Part shown: in pieces, positions 33,055 through 44,748 of the stretch
How positions within the stretch are numbered: the stretch's first letter is position 1
How the letters are laid out: each line of letters opens with the position of its first letter
Source of the DNA: Thermobifida alba
Lineage (GTDB): Bacteria; Actinomycetota; Actinomycetes; Streptosporangiales; Streptosporangiaceae
Direction of reading: 5' to 3'
DNA length: 64,000 nucleotides
Assembly (NCBI RefSeq): GCF_023208015.1
Contig: NZ_CP051627.1
Location: 3,452,422 to 3,516,421, forward strand
Made by a program: the position numbers and the translations under genes
Notes under the pieces: model-generated
Seen by the model: only the letters and a program-made list of their open reading frames with translations
What the model was told of the DNA's origin: nothing
The model's database searches: none

Positions 33055-36000
33055 GTGACCGACCTCGTCACCACCGCTTCCGACGACGACCGGGCCGGGC
33101 TCGACATGGGCACCTACGAGGTGCTCCGGGCCCGGCTGGGCGAACAGGCCGCCGAGCTGGCGCGGCGCGCCGAAGCCCTCAACGCCGCACGGCTGGAGGT
33201 CTTCGGCGGCACCGAGCTGCGCCTGCTCGGCACCGAGCGCGTGCGCACCGCCAACCACTGCGTGCCGCGCGACATCGTGCCCGTCGGCGACCTGATGCTG
33301 TTCGGCTACAACGTCTTCATCGGCATGAAGACCGAGACGCACGTGGCCGACGTGTTCTCCCTGCACCGCTTCGACTCCGCCGACGGGGCCCTCTCCTTCA
33401 CCGAGGCGCAGGCGGGCGAACTGCCGGAACTGCTGGAGGACGAGCGGTTCCGGCGGGACTTCGCGGAACTGTACCGGTACTTCCGCGACACGCGGCTGCT
33501 GCAGCTGCGGCGCGTCGAGGGCCGCCTGCTCGCGGTGTTCCAGACCGGCCCCTCCGTCTCCGACATCCGGGTGCTGCGCTGGCGGATCGGCGCCGACGGC
33601 TCCCTGTCCTACCTGGACAACAAGGGCGAACGGGACCACGTCTTCCCCCCGCAGCAGGACTTCACCTGGATCGAGACCACCCGCGACGACCACGTGCCGG
33701 GCCGCCACCCGCACATCTCCATCGACGACGAGGTGTTCGTGGAGACGGTCGGCGGCGACCTGACCGTCAAGGTCGAGAACAACACGGAGAGCGGCGAGGG
33801 CGTCTACAGCGAACCGGTCGCCGAACCGCTGCAGAGCCTCGCCGACGCCGACGTGCGCTACGCCCGGGTCGGACCGCTCATCCTGCTGCGCATCCTGCCG
33901 TACAAGGAGACCGAGTACCGGCACCTGGTGTTCAACACCCGCACCCGGGACGTGGTCCGCCTCGACGGCATCGGACAGGCCTGCCAGCGGCTCCCCGACG
34001 ACCAGGGCCTGATCTTCCCCGGCGGCTACTACCTGTCCACGGGCACGGTCAAGACCTTCGACACCGACGTCACCGACCTGGAGTTCCAGGCGCTGGTCCG
34101 CTCCCCCAACGGCGAGGACGTGCTCTACGTCTTCCACTCCCGGGCGGAGGGCCGCAGCCTGCTGCTGCCCTACAACGTGATCCGCAAGGAGGTCGCCACC
34201 CCCCTCTCCTGCCACGGCTACTCGATCTTCGACGACGGCGTCATGGTGGTGTTCCGCGCCCTGTCGGACGAACCCACCCGGGTCCATCCGATGCAGGTGT
34301 GGCAGACGCCGTTCCAGTCCGACGCGTACGCGGCCCGCCAGCCCGCCGGGACCGGGCCGCTGGAGCGGGTCGGCAACGCCGACCTGGTGCGCGGCGTCTC
34401 CGACGCGCTGTCGGTGGCCCGCATGGTGCACGAGATGACCCCGTCCGCGCCGGTGTTCGAAGGGCTGATCGCCGCCTGCACGCGCGCCCTCGACCAGTAC
34501 CACTGGCTGGACGACCCGGACCTGCACGACCTGGCGGAGCCGCTCAGGCAGGTGCGCTCCACCGCCGAGCAGGTGCTGGAGGAGTTCGAGAAGGTCCAGG
34601 AGCTCACCGCGCAGGCCGCCCGCGCGCTGGACGAGGCGGAGGCCGACGCCGCTGCCCTGGTGCGCCGGGTCCGCTCCGAGACGCCCGCCTCCGCCGACGA
34701 GTGGGTGCGCCGCCTCGCCGAACTGCGCCGCGCCCGCGGCCACCTGGAAACCCTGCGCGACCTGCGGTACGTCGACACCGCGCGGCTGGACTCCCTCGTC
34801 TCCTCCCTGGAGGCCGACACCGCCGACGCGGGACGGCGCGCCGTGGAGTTCCTCAGCGGCGCGGACGCGTTCACCAGCTACCACGCCGCGGTGGACGCCC
34901 TGGTCGGCGAGGCCGAGGCCATCGAGACCGTCGCCGCTGCCGAACCGGTCCGGCAGCGCCTGGCCGAGCAGACCGAGGGCTTGGAGACCGTCACCGAGGT
35001 CGTCGGCTCCCTCGACATCGCCGACGCGACCGTGCGCACCCGCATCCTGGAGCGGGTCGCCGAGGTGCTGGGCACCGTCAACCGGGCGCGCGCCACCCTG
35101 GACGCGCGCCGCCGCGAACTGCTGTCCGTGGAGGGGCGGGCCGCGTTCGCCGCCGAGTTCGCGCTGCTGGGGCAGTCCGTGGCCGGCGCGCTGGCGATGG
35201 CCGACACGCCCGAGGCGTGCGACGAGCAGCTGGGGACCCTGCTGCTGCAGGTGGAGAACCTGGAGTCGCGGTTCGCGGAGTTCGACGACTTCCTCGCCGA
35301 GCTGGAGGCCAAACGCGAGGACGTCTACGAGGCGTTCAGCGCACGCAAGCAGGCCCTGCTGGACGAGCGGACCCGGCGCGCCGACCGGCTCGCCGAGTCC
35401 GCCGAGCGCATCCTGGCCAGTGTGCGCCGCCGCGCCGCCGCCCTCGGCTCCCTCGACGAGGTCAACACCTACTTCGCCGCCGACGCGATGGTGGCCAAGC
35501 TCCGCTCCCTCGCCGAGGAGCTGCGCGGCCTCGGCGACCAGGTGCGCGCCGAGGAGGTCGAGGGGCAGGTCAAGGCGGCCCGCCAGGAAGCCGGCCGGGC
35601 GCTGCGCGACCGCCTCGACCTGTTCACCGACGGCGGCGAGACGATCCGGCTGGGCCACCACCGGTTCGCCGTCAACACCCAGCCCCTGGACCTGACGATG
35701 GTGCCGCACGAGGAGCGCATGGCGTTCACCGTCACCGGCACCGACTACCGGTCCCCGGTGGCCGACCCCGGCTTCGCGGAGACCCGGCCGTTCTGGGACC
35801 AGCCGCTGGTCTCGGAGTCGCCCGAGGTGTACCGGGCCGAGTACCTGGCCGGGGAGATCCTCGCCGCCGCCGAGGCGGGACGGGACGGGCTGTCCACGGC
35901 CGCGCTGCGGCAGGCCGCGGAGAGCCCCGACGGGCTGCTGTCCGTGGCGCGCCGGGAAGCGGAGTCCCGCTACGACGAGGGCTACGAGCGCGGCGTGCAC

Positions 36001-38028
36001 GACCACGACGCCGCCGCGATCCTGGCCGCGCTGCTGCGCCTGTCCGAGGACGCGGGACTGCTGCGCTACCCGGGGGCCGCGCGCGCCACGGCCCAGCTGT
36101 TCTGGGCGTTCGGCACCGAGGAGGCGGACCGGCGGACGTGGGCGACGCGGGCCCGCTCCCTGGTGCGGGCGCGGTCGGTGTTCGGGCCGGGGGCCGCCGG
36201 CGCGGTCGCGGAGCTCGCCGGGGAGCTCGCGGCGCGCATCACTGCGTTCCTCGACGCCAACGCGCTGGCCGACCACCGCGACCGCGCCGCGGCCGCGGGC
36301 GAGTACCTGGTGGAGGAGCTGGCCGCCGACGACGGCGGGTTCGCGGTGAGCGCCGGGGCGCGCGCGTTCGTCGACCGGTTCCTGCGCGGCCTGGGACCGT
36401 CCGGTTCGGCCGAGCGCCGCGCGTTCACCGACGACCTGGCCGCCCTCGGAGCGGACCTGGCGGCCCGCCACCAGCTGGCGGACGCGTGGCTGACCGCGTT
36501 CCGCGCCACCCGCGACGACGTGGCCGCCGCCGACCAGCCCGAGGCGGTCGCGCTGCTGCTCGCCGACGGCCTGGACCGCTACGAGCCGCCGGGGGCGCTC
36601 ACCGCGACGGTCGACGGCCTGCTGGGCGCACACCCGCGCGTCCGGGAGCGGCGGCTGGAGCTGCGCCTGGACGAGACGTGGGAGCGGCTGCGCCGCTTCC
36701 GCACCGAACGGGTCCCCGCCTACCGCGCCTACCTGCGGCGGCGCAACGAGCTGGTGGCGGCCGAGCGCGCCCGGCTGCGCCTGGACGAGTACCACCCCCG
36801 GGTGCTCAGCTCGTTCGTGCGCAACCAGCTGCTGGACGAGGTGTACCTGCCGCTGATCGGCGACAACCTCGCCAAGCAGCTGGGCGCGACCGGCGACGGC
36901 AAGCGCACCGACCAGATGGGGCTGCTGCTGCTCATCTCCCCGCCCGGCTACGGCAAGACCACGCTCATGGAGTACGTGGCCAGCCGGCTGGGCCTGCTGT
37001 TCGTGAAGGTGAACGGCCCGTCGCTGGGGCACGCGGTGACCTCGCTGGACCCGGAGGAGGCGCCCAACGCCACCGCGCGCCAGGAGGTCGAGAAGATCTC
37101 CTTCGCGTTGGAGGCGGGCAACAACGTGCTGCTGTACCTGGACGACATCCAGCACACCTCGCCGGAGCTGCTGCAGAAGTTCGTCTCGCTGTGCGACGGC
37201 CAGCGCCGCATGGAGGGCGTGTGGGGCGGCCGCACCCGCACCTACGACCTGCGCGGCAAGCGGTTCGCGGTGTGCATGGCCGGCAACCCCTACACCGAGG
37301 AGGGCAAGCGGTTCCGCATCCCCGACATGCTCGCCAACCGCGCCGACGTGTGGAACCTCGGCGACGTGCTCAGCGGCCGGGACGACCTGTTCGCGCTGAG
37401 CTACGTGGAGAACGCGCTGACCGCCAACCCGGTGCTGGCGCCGCTGTCCACCCGGGACCGCGGCGACGTGCGGCTGCTGGTGCGGATGGCCCGCGGCGAG
37501 GAGGGGATCCAGGCCGACCAGCTGTCCCACCCCTACTCGGCGGTGGAGCTGGACCAGGTCCTGTCGGTGCTGCGCAAGCTGCTGCGGGTACAGGAGGTGG
37601 TGCTGGCCGCGAACCGCGCCTACATCGCCTCGGCCGCGCAGTCGGACGCCGCGCGCACCGAACCGCCGTTCCTGCTCCAGGGCTCCTACCGGAACATGAA
37701 CGCGATGGCGGAGCGGATCGTGCCGGTGATGAACGACGCCGAGGTGGAGTCGCTGATCGACGACCACTACCTGGGCGAGGCGCAGACGCTGGCGTCGGGC
37801 GCGGAGGCCAACCTGCTGAAGCTGGCCGAGCTGCGCGGGCGGATGTCGGAGGAGCAGCGGGCCCGCTGGGCCGAGGTGAAGGCGGCGTTCCGGCGGGCCC
37901 GGGCGCTGGGCGGCGCCGAGGACGATCCGCTGGTCCGGGCCGTGGGCGCGGTCGGCCTGCTCGCCGACCGGGTGGGCGCGGTGGAGGAGGCCATCGACCG
38001 CGCGGCCCGGCGGTTCGGCCCCGGGTGA
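33055..38028 (+). CDS. Giant (1657 aa) protein: ~1250-aa mostly helical N-terminal region of unknown function plus a C-terminal MoxR/AAA_5-type ATPase domain. Third gene of the NfeD-flotillin operon.
   Basis: GTG start 7 bp after the flotillin stop with GAGGA RBS. Walker A LLLISPPGYGKTTLMEYV (~36940-36990), Walker B NVLLYLDDIQH, AAA_5-like sensor/arginine region FAVCMAGNPYTEEGKRFRIPDMLANRADVWNL. No other recognisable domain by eye. Confidence 0.85.
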   Translation: MTDLVTTASDDDRAGLDMGTYEVLRARLGEQAAELARRAEALNAARLEVFGGTELRLLGTERVRTANHCVPRDIVPVGDLMLFGYNVFIGMKTETHVADVFSLHRFDSADGALSFTEAQAGELPELLEDERFRRDFAELYRYFRDTRLLQLRRVEGRLLAVFQTGPSVSDIRVLRWRIGADGSLSYLDNKGERDHVFPPQQDFTWIETTRDDHVPGRHPHISIDDEVFVETVGGDLTVKVENNTESGEGVYSEPVAEPLQSLADADVRYARVGPLILLRILPYKETEYRHLVFNTRTRDVVRLDGIGQACQRLPDDQGLIFPGGYYLSTGTVKTFDTDVTDLEFQALVRSPNGEDVLYVFHSRAEGRSLLLPYNVIRKEVATPLSCHGYSIFDDGVMVVFRALSDEPTRVHPMQVWQTPFQSDAYAARQPAGTGPLERVGNADLVRGVSDALSVARMVHEMTPSAPVFEGLIAACTRALDQYHWLDDPDLHDLAEPLRQVRSTAEQVLEEFEKVQELTAQAARALDEAEADAAALVRRVRSETPASADEWVRRLAELRRARGHLETLRDLRYVDTARLDSLVSSLEADTADAGRRAVEFLSGADAFTSYHAAVDALVGEAEAIETVAAAEPVRQRLAEQTEGLETVTEVVGSLDIADATVRTRILERVAEVLGTVNRARATLDARRRELLSVEGRAAFAAEFALLGQSVAGALAMADTPEACDEQLGTLLLQVENLESRFAEFDDFLAELEAKREDVYEAFSARKQALLDERTRRADRLAESAERILASVRRRAAALGSLDEVNTYFAADAMVAKLRSLAEELRGLGDQVRAEEVEGQVKAARQEAGRALRDRLDLFTDGGETIRLGHHRFAVNTQPLDLTMVPHEERMAFTVTGTDYRSPVADPGFAETRPFWDQPLVSESPEVYRAEYLAGEILAAAEAGRDGLSTAALRQAAESPDGLLSVARREAESRYDEGYERGVHDHDAAAILAALLRLSEDAGLLRYPGAARATAQLFWAFGTEEADRRTWATRARSLVRARSVFGPGAAGAVAELAGELAARITAFLDANALADHRDRAAAAGEYLVEELAADDGGFAVSAGARAFVDRFLRGLGPSGSAERRAFTDDLAALGADLAARHQLADAWLTAFRATRDDVAAADQPEAVALLLADGLDRYEPPGALTATVDGLLGAHPRVRERRLELRLDETWERLRRFRTERVPAYRAYLRRRNELVAAERARLRLDEYHPRVLSSFVRNQLLDEVYLPLIGDNLAKQLGATGDGKRTDQMGLLLLISPPGYGKTTLMEYVASRLGLLFVKVNGPSLGHAVTSLDPEEAPNATARQEVEKISFALEAGNNVLLYLDDIQHTSPELLQKFVSLCDGQRRMEGVWGGRTRTYDLRGKRFAVCMAGNPYTEEGKRFRIPDMLANRADVWNLGDVLSGRDDLFALSYVENALTANPVLAPLSTRDRGDVRLLVRMARGEEGIQADQLSHPYSAVELDQVLSVLRKLLRVQEVVLAANRAYIASAAQSDAARTEPPFLLQGSYRNMNAMAERIVPVMNDAEVESLIDDHYLGEAQTLASGAEANLLKLAELRGRMSEEQRARWAEVKAAFRRARALGGAEDDPLVRAVGAVGLLADRVGAVEEAIDRAARRFGPG

Positions 38029-38043
38029 GCGGGAGACGTCGGT

Positions 38044-38097
38044 GATCATGCCCCCAGCGCCAGAATCGGCCGTGCCGATGGCCCTGGGGGCATGATC
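38044..38097. terminator. Bidirectional terminator-like hairpin between convergent genes (14-bp stem GATCATGCCCCCAG / CTGGGGGCATGATC, 26-nt loop).
   Basis: Perfect inverted repeat read directly from the sequence. Sits in the 88-bp gap between the giant ATPase gene (+) and the monooxygenase gene (-). Confidence 0.55.
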
Positions 38098-38116
38098 GTC
38101 AATTCTCCGGGGCGGG

Positions 38117-39775
<1,659 letters not shown>

Positions 39776-42628
39776 TCACCCTTCCGCCTCCTCCTTCCGG
39801 GCGCTCTCCCCTCCCCGCAGCAGGGTGGCCAGGTGGACCGGACGGGCCTCCGGGTGGGCCTGTTCCACCTGCACCCGGCAGCTGAAGCCCTCGGTCAGCA
39901 CCGTGTCGTCGGCCCCAGCGGCGCGCACCGCGGGCAGCAGTCCCTGCTCCGCGCAGGCCATCGACACCTCGTAGTGGCCCTCCACGAACCCGAAGTCGCC
40001 CGCCAGGCCGCAGCAGGAATCCTGCGGCACCTCCACCGCGGCCCCGGCCCGCTCCAGCAGGGCGCGCTCGGCCTGCCAGCCCGAACCGGCACGCTGGTGG
40101 CAGTGGACCTGCGCGACCACGCGGCCCCCGATCCGGGGCGGCTGCCAGTCGGGGGTGAACTCGGCGAGCGCCTGGGCGAGGGTGCGGACCGCACCCGCCA
40201 CCTCGGCGGCCTCGGCGGTGCCGAGCAGGCGCGGCAGCTCCCGGCGCAGCTGCTCGGTGCAGCTGGGTTCCAGGCCCACCACGACCGCGCCCGCGCGCAC
40301 GGCGGGCAGCAGGGCGCGCACCGTCCGCGCCGCCGCGGCCCGCGCCGTCCCCAACTGCCCGGTGGACGTCCACGTCAGTCCGCAGCACAGGCGGGCCGGA
40401 GCGTCCAGCACCTCCCAGCCCGCGTCCCGCAGCACCGCGCGGCCGTCGGCGAGCACCTCCGGGGAGAACGCTGGGTTGAAGCTGTCGGTCCACAGCACCG
40501 CGCGCGGCCGGTCCGCGGCGAACCCGCGCCGCAGCGGAGCACCGCCCGCGCGCGCGGCGCGCCGCCGGCTGCGGGAGGCGAACACCGGCAGCTCCCTGCG
40601 CCGGTCGATGCCCGCGACCCGTTTGAGCAGCCCCGCCAGCGGAGACCGGGTCACCGCGTTGACCAGCCCCGGCACCAGGCCCGCGGGTTTCAGCCACACC
40701 GGCAGCCAGCCCAGCGCGTAGTGGGCGCGCGGCCGGATCCTGCCCCGGTAGTGGTGGTGCAGGAACTCCGACTTGTAGGCGGCCACGTCCACCCCGACCG
40801 GGCACTCCTTCGCGCACGCCTTGCAGGACAGGCACAGTTCCAGCGCCTCGCGCACCTCGGGGGAGCGCCAGCCGTCGGTGACGACCTCCCCGGCGAGCAT
40901 CTCCCCCAGCACGCGGGCCCGGCCCCGCGTGGAGTCCTTCTCCTCGCGGGTCACCTGGTAGCTGGGGCACATCGCCCCGGTGTGGGCGCGGCACTTGCCC
41001 ACGCCGACGCAGCGGCGCACCGCGCGCGCGAAGTCGTCGCGGTCCTCGGCGAGGTGCAGGACCGGGCGGACCGGGTCGGCCATGGCGAGCGGGCGCACGT
41101 CGGCGTCGAGCGGGCGGGGCCGCACCACCGCGCCGGGGTTGAGCGTGTCGTCGGGGTCCCACACCTGTTTGGCCTCGGCGAACGCCGTGAGCAGGGCGGG
41201 CGAGTAGACCCGGGACAGCAGTTCGGAGCGGGCCTGCCCGTCGCCGTGCTCGCCGGAGGGCACGCCGCCGTGCCGGACCACGATGTCGCAGGCGGCCTCG
41301 GCGAAGCGGCGGTAGCGGGCCACGCCCTCGGGGCTGGTCAGGTCGGTGTTGAGCCGCACGTGCAGGCAGCCTTCGCCGAAGTGGCCGTAGACCGGGCCGG
41401 ACAGGCCCTCCTCGCGGCAGAGCGCGTCGAAGTCGCGCAGGTAGGCGGCGAGGTTCTCGGCGGGCACGGACGCGTCCTCCCAGCCGGGCCAGGCTTCGTC
41501 GCCGCTGGGCGGGCGGGTGGCCAGTCCGGCGGCGTCCTCGCGGATGCGCCACAGCCGGGCCCGGTCGGCGGGGTCGGCGACGACGAGGGTGGAGCGGACG
41601 TGCGGGGCGAAGGCGCGTTCGGCGCGGCGGGCCGCGGCCGCCGCTTCGGCGGGGGTGTCCCCGCCGAACTCCACGTACAGCCACGCGCCGCCCTCGGGCA
41701 GGTCGGCGACGCGGGGGCCGAGCAGTTCGGTGTCCATGCCCTCCACGGTGAGCGGGCCGTACGCCAGGAACTCGTGGGCGATCTCGGCGGCGGCGTAGCG
41801 GTCGGCGCAGCCGACGAGCAGCAGCGCCCGTGCCGCGGGGGCGGGCACCAGGGCGAGGGTGGCGGAGGTGACGACGGCGCACCCGCCCTCGGTGCCGACG
41901 AGGCTGCGCGCGTAGTCGCGGCGTTCCGGCAGCAGGTGCTGCAACGGGTATCCGGACACCTGCCTGTGGAAGCGGTCCAGTTCGGTGCGGATGGGCGCGA
42001 GGTGGCGGGCGGCGACGGCGTCGAGGCCGTCCATGAGGGCGCGGTCGGGCAGGCCGTCGGGGGTGGCGATCCGGTCGGCGGTGACGGTGCGGCGGCGGCC
42101 GTCGGCGGTGACGACCTCCAGCGCGGTGACGTTGTCGGCGGTGGTGCCCCAGGCCACCGAGTGGGAACCGCAGGCGTTGTTGCCGATCATGCCGCCGAGG
42201 GTGCACCGGTTGCGGGTGGAGGGGTCGGGGCCGAAGGTGAGTCCGTGTGCGGCGACGGCGGCGTGCAGGGTGTCCAGGACCGTTCCGGGCTCCACGACGG
42301 CGCGGCGCGCCTCGGGGTCCACGCTGAGGACGCGGTTGAGGTGACGGGAGGTGTCGACGACCACTCCCGCGCCGAGCGCCTGGCCGCCGCAGGAGGTGCC
42401 GCCGCCGCGCATGGTGACGCCCACCCCGGCCGCGCGGCAGATCTCCAGCACGGCCGCGATGTCGTCGGTGTGGCGGGGATGGACGACGCCGAGGGGGACA
42501 CGGCGATAGATCGAGGCGTCGGCGGAGTAGAGGGCCCGGGCCAGCGGGGAGAAGTCCACCTCGCCGCGCACGGCCGCGGCGAGGTCCCTGGCGAGCGGGG
42601 CGTGTTCCTGGGATGCGACGGTGGTCAT
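39776..42628 (-). CDS. Fused FAD-linked oxidase (GlcD-like) + Fe-S/cysteine-rich CCG-domain (GlcF-like) protein. Putative D-lactate/glycolate-type dehydrogenase.
   Basis: N-terminal FAD_binding_4 + FAD-oxidase_C. Two Cys clusters (CVGVGKCRAHTGAMCPS; CLSCKACAKECPVGVD) and C-terminal CCG-type cysteine motifs (CCGLTW..., CCGLAGDFGF). Confidence 0.9.
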   Translation of the reverse strand: MTTVASQEHAPLARDLAAAVRGEVDFSPLARALYSADASIYRRVPLGVVHPRHTDDIAAVLEICRAAGVGVTMRGGGTSCGGQALGAGVVVDTSRHLNRVLSVDPEARRAVVEPGTVLDTLHAAVAAHGLTFGPDPSTRNRCTLGGMIGNNACGSHSVAWGTTADNVTALEVVTADGRRRTVTADRIATPDGLPDRALMDGLDAVAARHLAPIRTELDRFHRQVSGYPLQHLLPERRDYARSLVGTEGGCAVVTSATLALVPAPAARALLLVGCADRYAAAEIAHEFLAYGPLTVEGMDTELLGPRVADLPEGGAWLYVEFGGDTPAEAAAAARRAERAFAPHVRSTLVVADPADRARLWRIREDAAGLATRPPSGDEAWPGWEDASVPAENLAAYLRDFDALCREEGLSGPVYGHFGEGCLHVRLNTDLTSPEGVARYRRFAEAACDIVVRHGGVPSGEHGDGQARSELLSRVYSPALLTAFAEAKQVWDPDDTLNPGAVVRPRPLDADVRPLAMADPVRPVLHLAEDRDDFARAVRRCVGVGKCRAHTGAMCPSYQVTREEKDSTRGRARVLGEMLAGEVVTDGWRSPEVREALELCLSCKACAKECPVGVDVAAYKSEFLHHHYRGRIRPRAHYALGWLPVWLKPAGLVPGLVNAVTRSPLAGLLKRVAGIDRRRELPVFASRSRRRAARAGGAPLRRGFAADRPRAVLWTDSFNPAFSPEVLADGRAVLRDAGWEVLDAPARLCCGLTWTSTGQLGTARAAAARTVRALLPAVRAGAVVVGLEPSCTEQLRRELPRLLGTAEAAEVAGAVRTLAQALAEFTPDWQPPRIGGRVVAQVHCHQRAGSGWQAERALLERAGAAVEVPQDSCCGLAGDFGFVEGHYEVSMACAEQGLLPAVRAAGADDTVLTEGFSCRVQVEQAHPEARPVHLATLLRGGESARKEEAEG

Positions 42629-42676
42629 GGTCCACGTCTACCCCGCCGCTTCGGCCTCACCGGTGCCGGGGACCGG

Positions 42677-43873
42677 TCAGGCCGTGGGACGCCAGCACAG
42701 GTGCCGGGGCACCCCTGTCCGGCGGAGGTCCTCCTCCAGCAGGGACGTCCAGTCCGGCCGCCACCGGGGGTCGCGGGAGCGCAGCTCGGCGCGCAGCACC
42801 CCCCACTGGCTGTGGAGCACGAGGGAGGAGCCCCACCAGGCGGGGAGGTGGTCGTAGGCGCGGTCGACCTCGACCCCGGCGCCGGTCGGCCGGATCCGCG
42901 CGTACAGCCAGCGCCCCCGCTCGGGGTGGGCCTCCTCCTCCCGCCAGGCGGACAGCGCGTCCGACAGCTCCGGGTCGACCCACTTCCCGTCGGCGTCGAG
43001 GAACTCGCTGCGGGGGCCGAAGAAGCCGGCGGGACGCCATTCGAGGCCGCCGAGGTGGGCCACCGTGATCCCGGCGCCGGCGCGGTGGTCGCGCAGCCAC
43101 TCCGCCACCCGGTCCAGCGCCGGTCCGGGGACGGGTGCGGGACGGTCCAGTTCGGCCGCCCCGCGCATGACATGGGAGACCAGGTCCTGCGGGGGGCATG
43201 CGGAGACGACGCGCCGGTCCGCGGGTTCGCCCCGGCCCGCGGGCAGTTCCGGCCGGGTCGAGCCGGGGGCCACGCCGAGCCTCTCGGCCGTGGCGAGCGC
43301 CCCCGCGATGTCGGGCTCCCACTCCTCGTCCTGCTGGACCTCCCGGTCCAGCGCGTCGGCCAGCGGTTCGACGACCGAACGGTCCACCGCGCGCCGCAGC
43401 GCCGCCTCCCTGAGGGCGTCGAACGCCTCCGCCGCCTCCTCCTCGTGGTCGGGGTCGGCCAGGTCCAGGTAGCACTGCTCGACGGCGGAGCCGCCGAACC
43501 AGTCCCCCTCGCCCGACGACACCCCCTCCGGGAAGGGCGCCCGAGACCACGCCGTCCCGTCCCACCACTCGACGCAGGAGACGAGCAGCAGCGTCCGCAG
43601 GACCTCGTCGAGCCACTCCCAGGGCAGCCAGTCCGGTGCCCCGGCGAGGAGGTCCACGGGGGGAACGTGCTGGGCCAGTTCGTTGTGGTCGGCGTCGTAG
43701 CCGTAGAAGACCGCGCGTCCGCCCTCGATCCAGCTCATGCCCCAGCAGCCGTTGCCGATGTCCTCGTTGCGCAGTCCGTCCCGTCCGATGTGGAAACCCG
43801 GGATCCGCTGCGGGACCAGCGCGGCCACCACGGCGTAGGCGGCGGCCTCGTTCCAGCGTTCTTCGGCGTTCAT
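42677..43873 (-). CDS. Hypothetical protein (398 aa), acidic and Trp-rich, function unknown.
   Basis: Track ORF with a non-repetitive, diverse composition unlike the R/G/P-rich shadow frames. Upstream of and co-oriented with the oxidase gene. An 11-bp inverted repeat CGGTTCCCGAC/GTCGGGAACCG (43893-43923) lies just upstream of its start. Confidence 0.55.
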   Translation of the reverse strand: MNAEERWNEAAAYAVVAALVPQRIPGFHIGRDGLRNEDIGNGCWGMSWIEGGRAVFYGYDADHNELAQHVPPVDLLAGAPDWLPWEWLDEVLRTLLLVSCVEWWDGTAWSRAPFPEGVSSGEGDWFGGSAVEQCYLDLADPDHEEEAAEAFDALREAALRRAVDRSVVEPLADALDREVQQDEEWEPDIAGALATAERLGVAPGSTRPELPAGRGEPADRRVVSACPPQDLVSHVMRGAAELDRPAPVPGPALDRVAEWLRDHRAGAGITVAHLGGLEWRPAGFFGPRSEFLDADGKWVDPELSDALSAWREEEAHPERGRWLYARIRPTGAGVEVDRAYDHLPAWWGSSLVLHSQWGVLRAELRSRDPRWRPDWTSLLEEDLRRTGVPRHLCWRPTA

Positions 43874-44299
43874 GCTCCTGCTCTCTAGGTCGGGTCGGTT
43901 CCCGACGCGGTGGGGGTCGGGAACCGGTCGGGTCGTGGGGCGCAGGCGCGGGGCGGCCCTGGTTCCGGGTCTTCTCGCCCGGTCCGGCCCTCGCCCCGGC
44001 GGCCGCTGCCCGCGTCGATGCCGGGCAAGGTGGGGCCGGTCCTCCCAACCGGCCGCTGCCCGGGGGCTCCGAAGGGTCGGCGGCCGGCGGCGTCCCCCGT
44101 GCCTCCCGCTGCGGAGCCCCCCGTTTCGACTGCGGGGCGGGGCCGCCGGTTCCCCGCGGCGCGGGGGTTTCTCCGCGGCGTCGGGGACGGGGCCGCCGGG
44201 AGGTTTTCCCTTTTGAGACCTGACCTCGGGAAAACAGGCGACGTTTTCCCAGATCGTGTCCGTCCGGGGGAAAACCCGAACTTTCCTGCGCCGAACCCA

Positions 44300-44329
44300 T
44301 TGACATCTATGAAGCGCGACACAAATAAT
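44300..44329 (+). promoter_or_regulatory. Near-consensus sigma70-type promoter on the + strand: TTGACA -35 (6/6), 18-bp spacer, AATAAT -10 (5/6).
   Basis: ccatTGACAtctatgaagcgcgacacaAATAATgggtatcg. Followed at +6..+21 by the perfect 16-bp palindrome TTGGGAGCGCTCCCAA (44343-44358). No convincing protein-coding ORF downstream. Confidence 0.5.
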
Positions 44330-44550
44330 GGGTATCGACCGCTTGGGAGCGCTCCCAAAAGGTCAGGAGAAGATCCCTTGTTGGGCGGTGGCTGCCTTCC
44401 TCCACTCCTCCCATCCTCAGGGTGGCCACCGTTCATCCCCCAACAGGAGATCTTTGAGCCCCCCGACCGTCGGCCCTTCCCGGGAAGGGCCGACCAGGTC
44501 ACCGGAACCTTCACCGCGGATGGCTCATCCCCCACCAGAGCCACTCCCGG

Positions 44551-44730
44551 AGGGGCCGGGGTGCGTGCGGGCGCCCCGGCTCCTCACCCCCGAAGGGCTC
44601 GTCTCCGAAGGCTTGAGCCAGCCCTGGAAGGGTTGGGGTGCGTGCGGGCGCCCTGGCTCTTCACCGCCAAAGAGCTCGCCTGGAGACTTGAGCCGCCCAG
44701 GGGCCGGGGTGCGTGCGGGCGCCCCGGCCC
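44551..44730. repeat. Three tandem ~71-80-bp units, each containing a GC-rich hairpin motif GCCGGGGTGCGTGCGGGCGCCCCGGC. In the 3' flank of the Ser/Thr kinase gene.
   Basis: Motif copies at 44555-44580, 44635-44657 (variant with TTGGGG..CCCTGG arms) and 44703-44728. Units 1 and 2 are ~80% identical over ~72 bp. Additional perfect palindromes nearby (TCGGCCCTTCCCGGGAAGGGCCGA at 44470-44493; GGGAAAAC-N7-GTTTTCCC at 44228-44250). Confidence 0.7.
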
Positions 44731-44748
44731 CGAATTCTTCCCGCCGCC

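Noticed and set aside
33055-38028. Giant ATPase as a possible NRPS/PKS-associated or SMC-family protein
   Set aside because: No adenylation, ketosynthase or SMC hinge/ABC signature motifs. The ATPase motifs are of the AAA_5/MoxR type and C-terminal.
44551-44730. Tandem repeats considered as a CRISPR array
   Set aside because: Only three imperfect units; the spacers are themselves related between units 1 and 2. No cas genes or leader nearby. More consistent with REP-like hairpins or a structured RNA.
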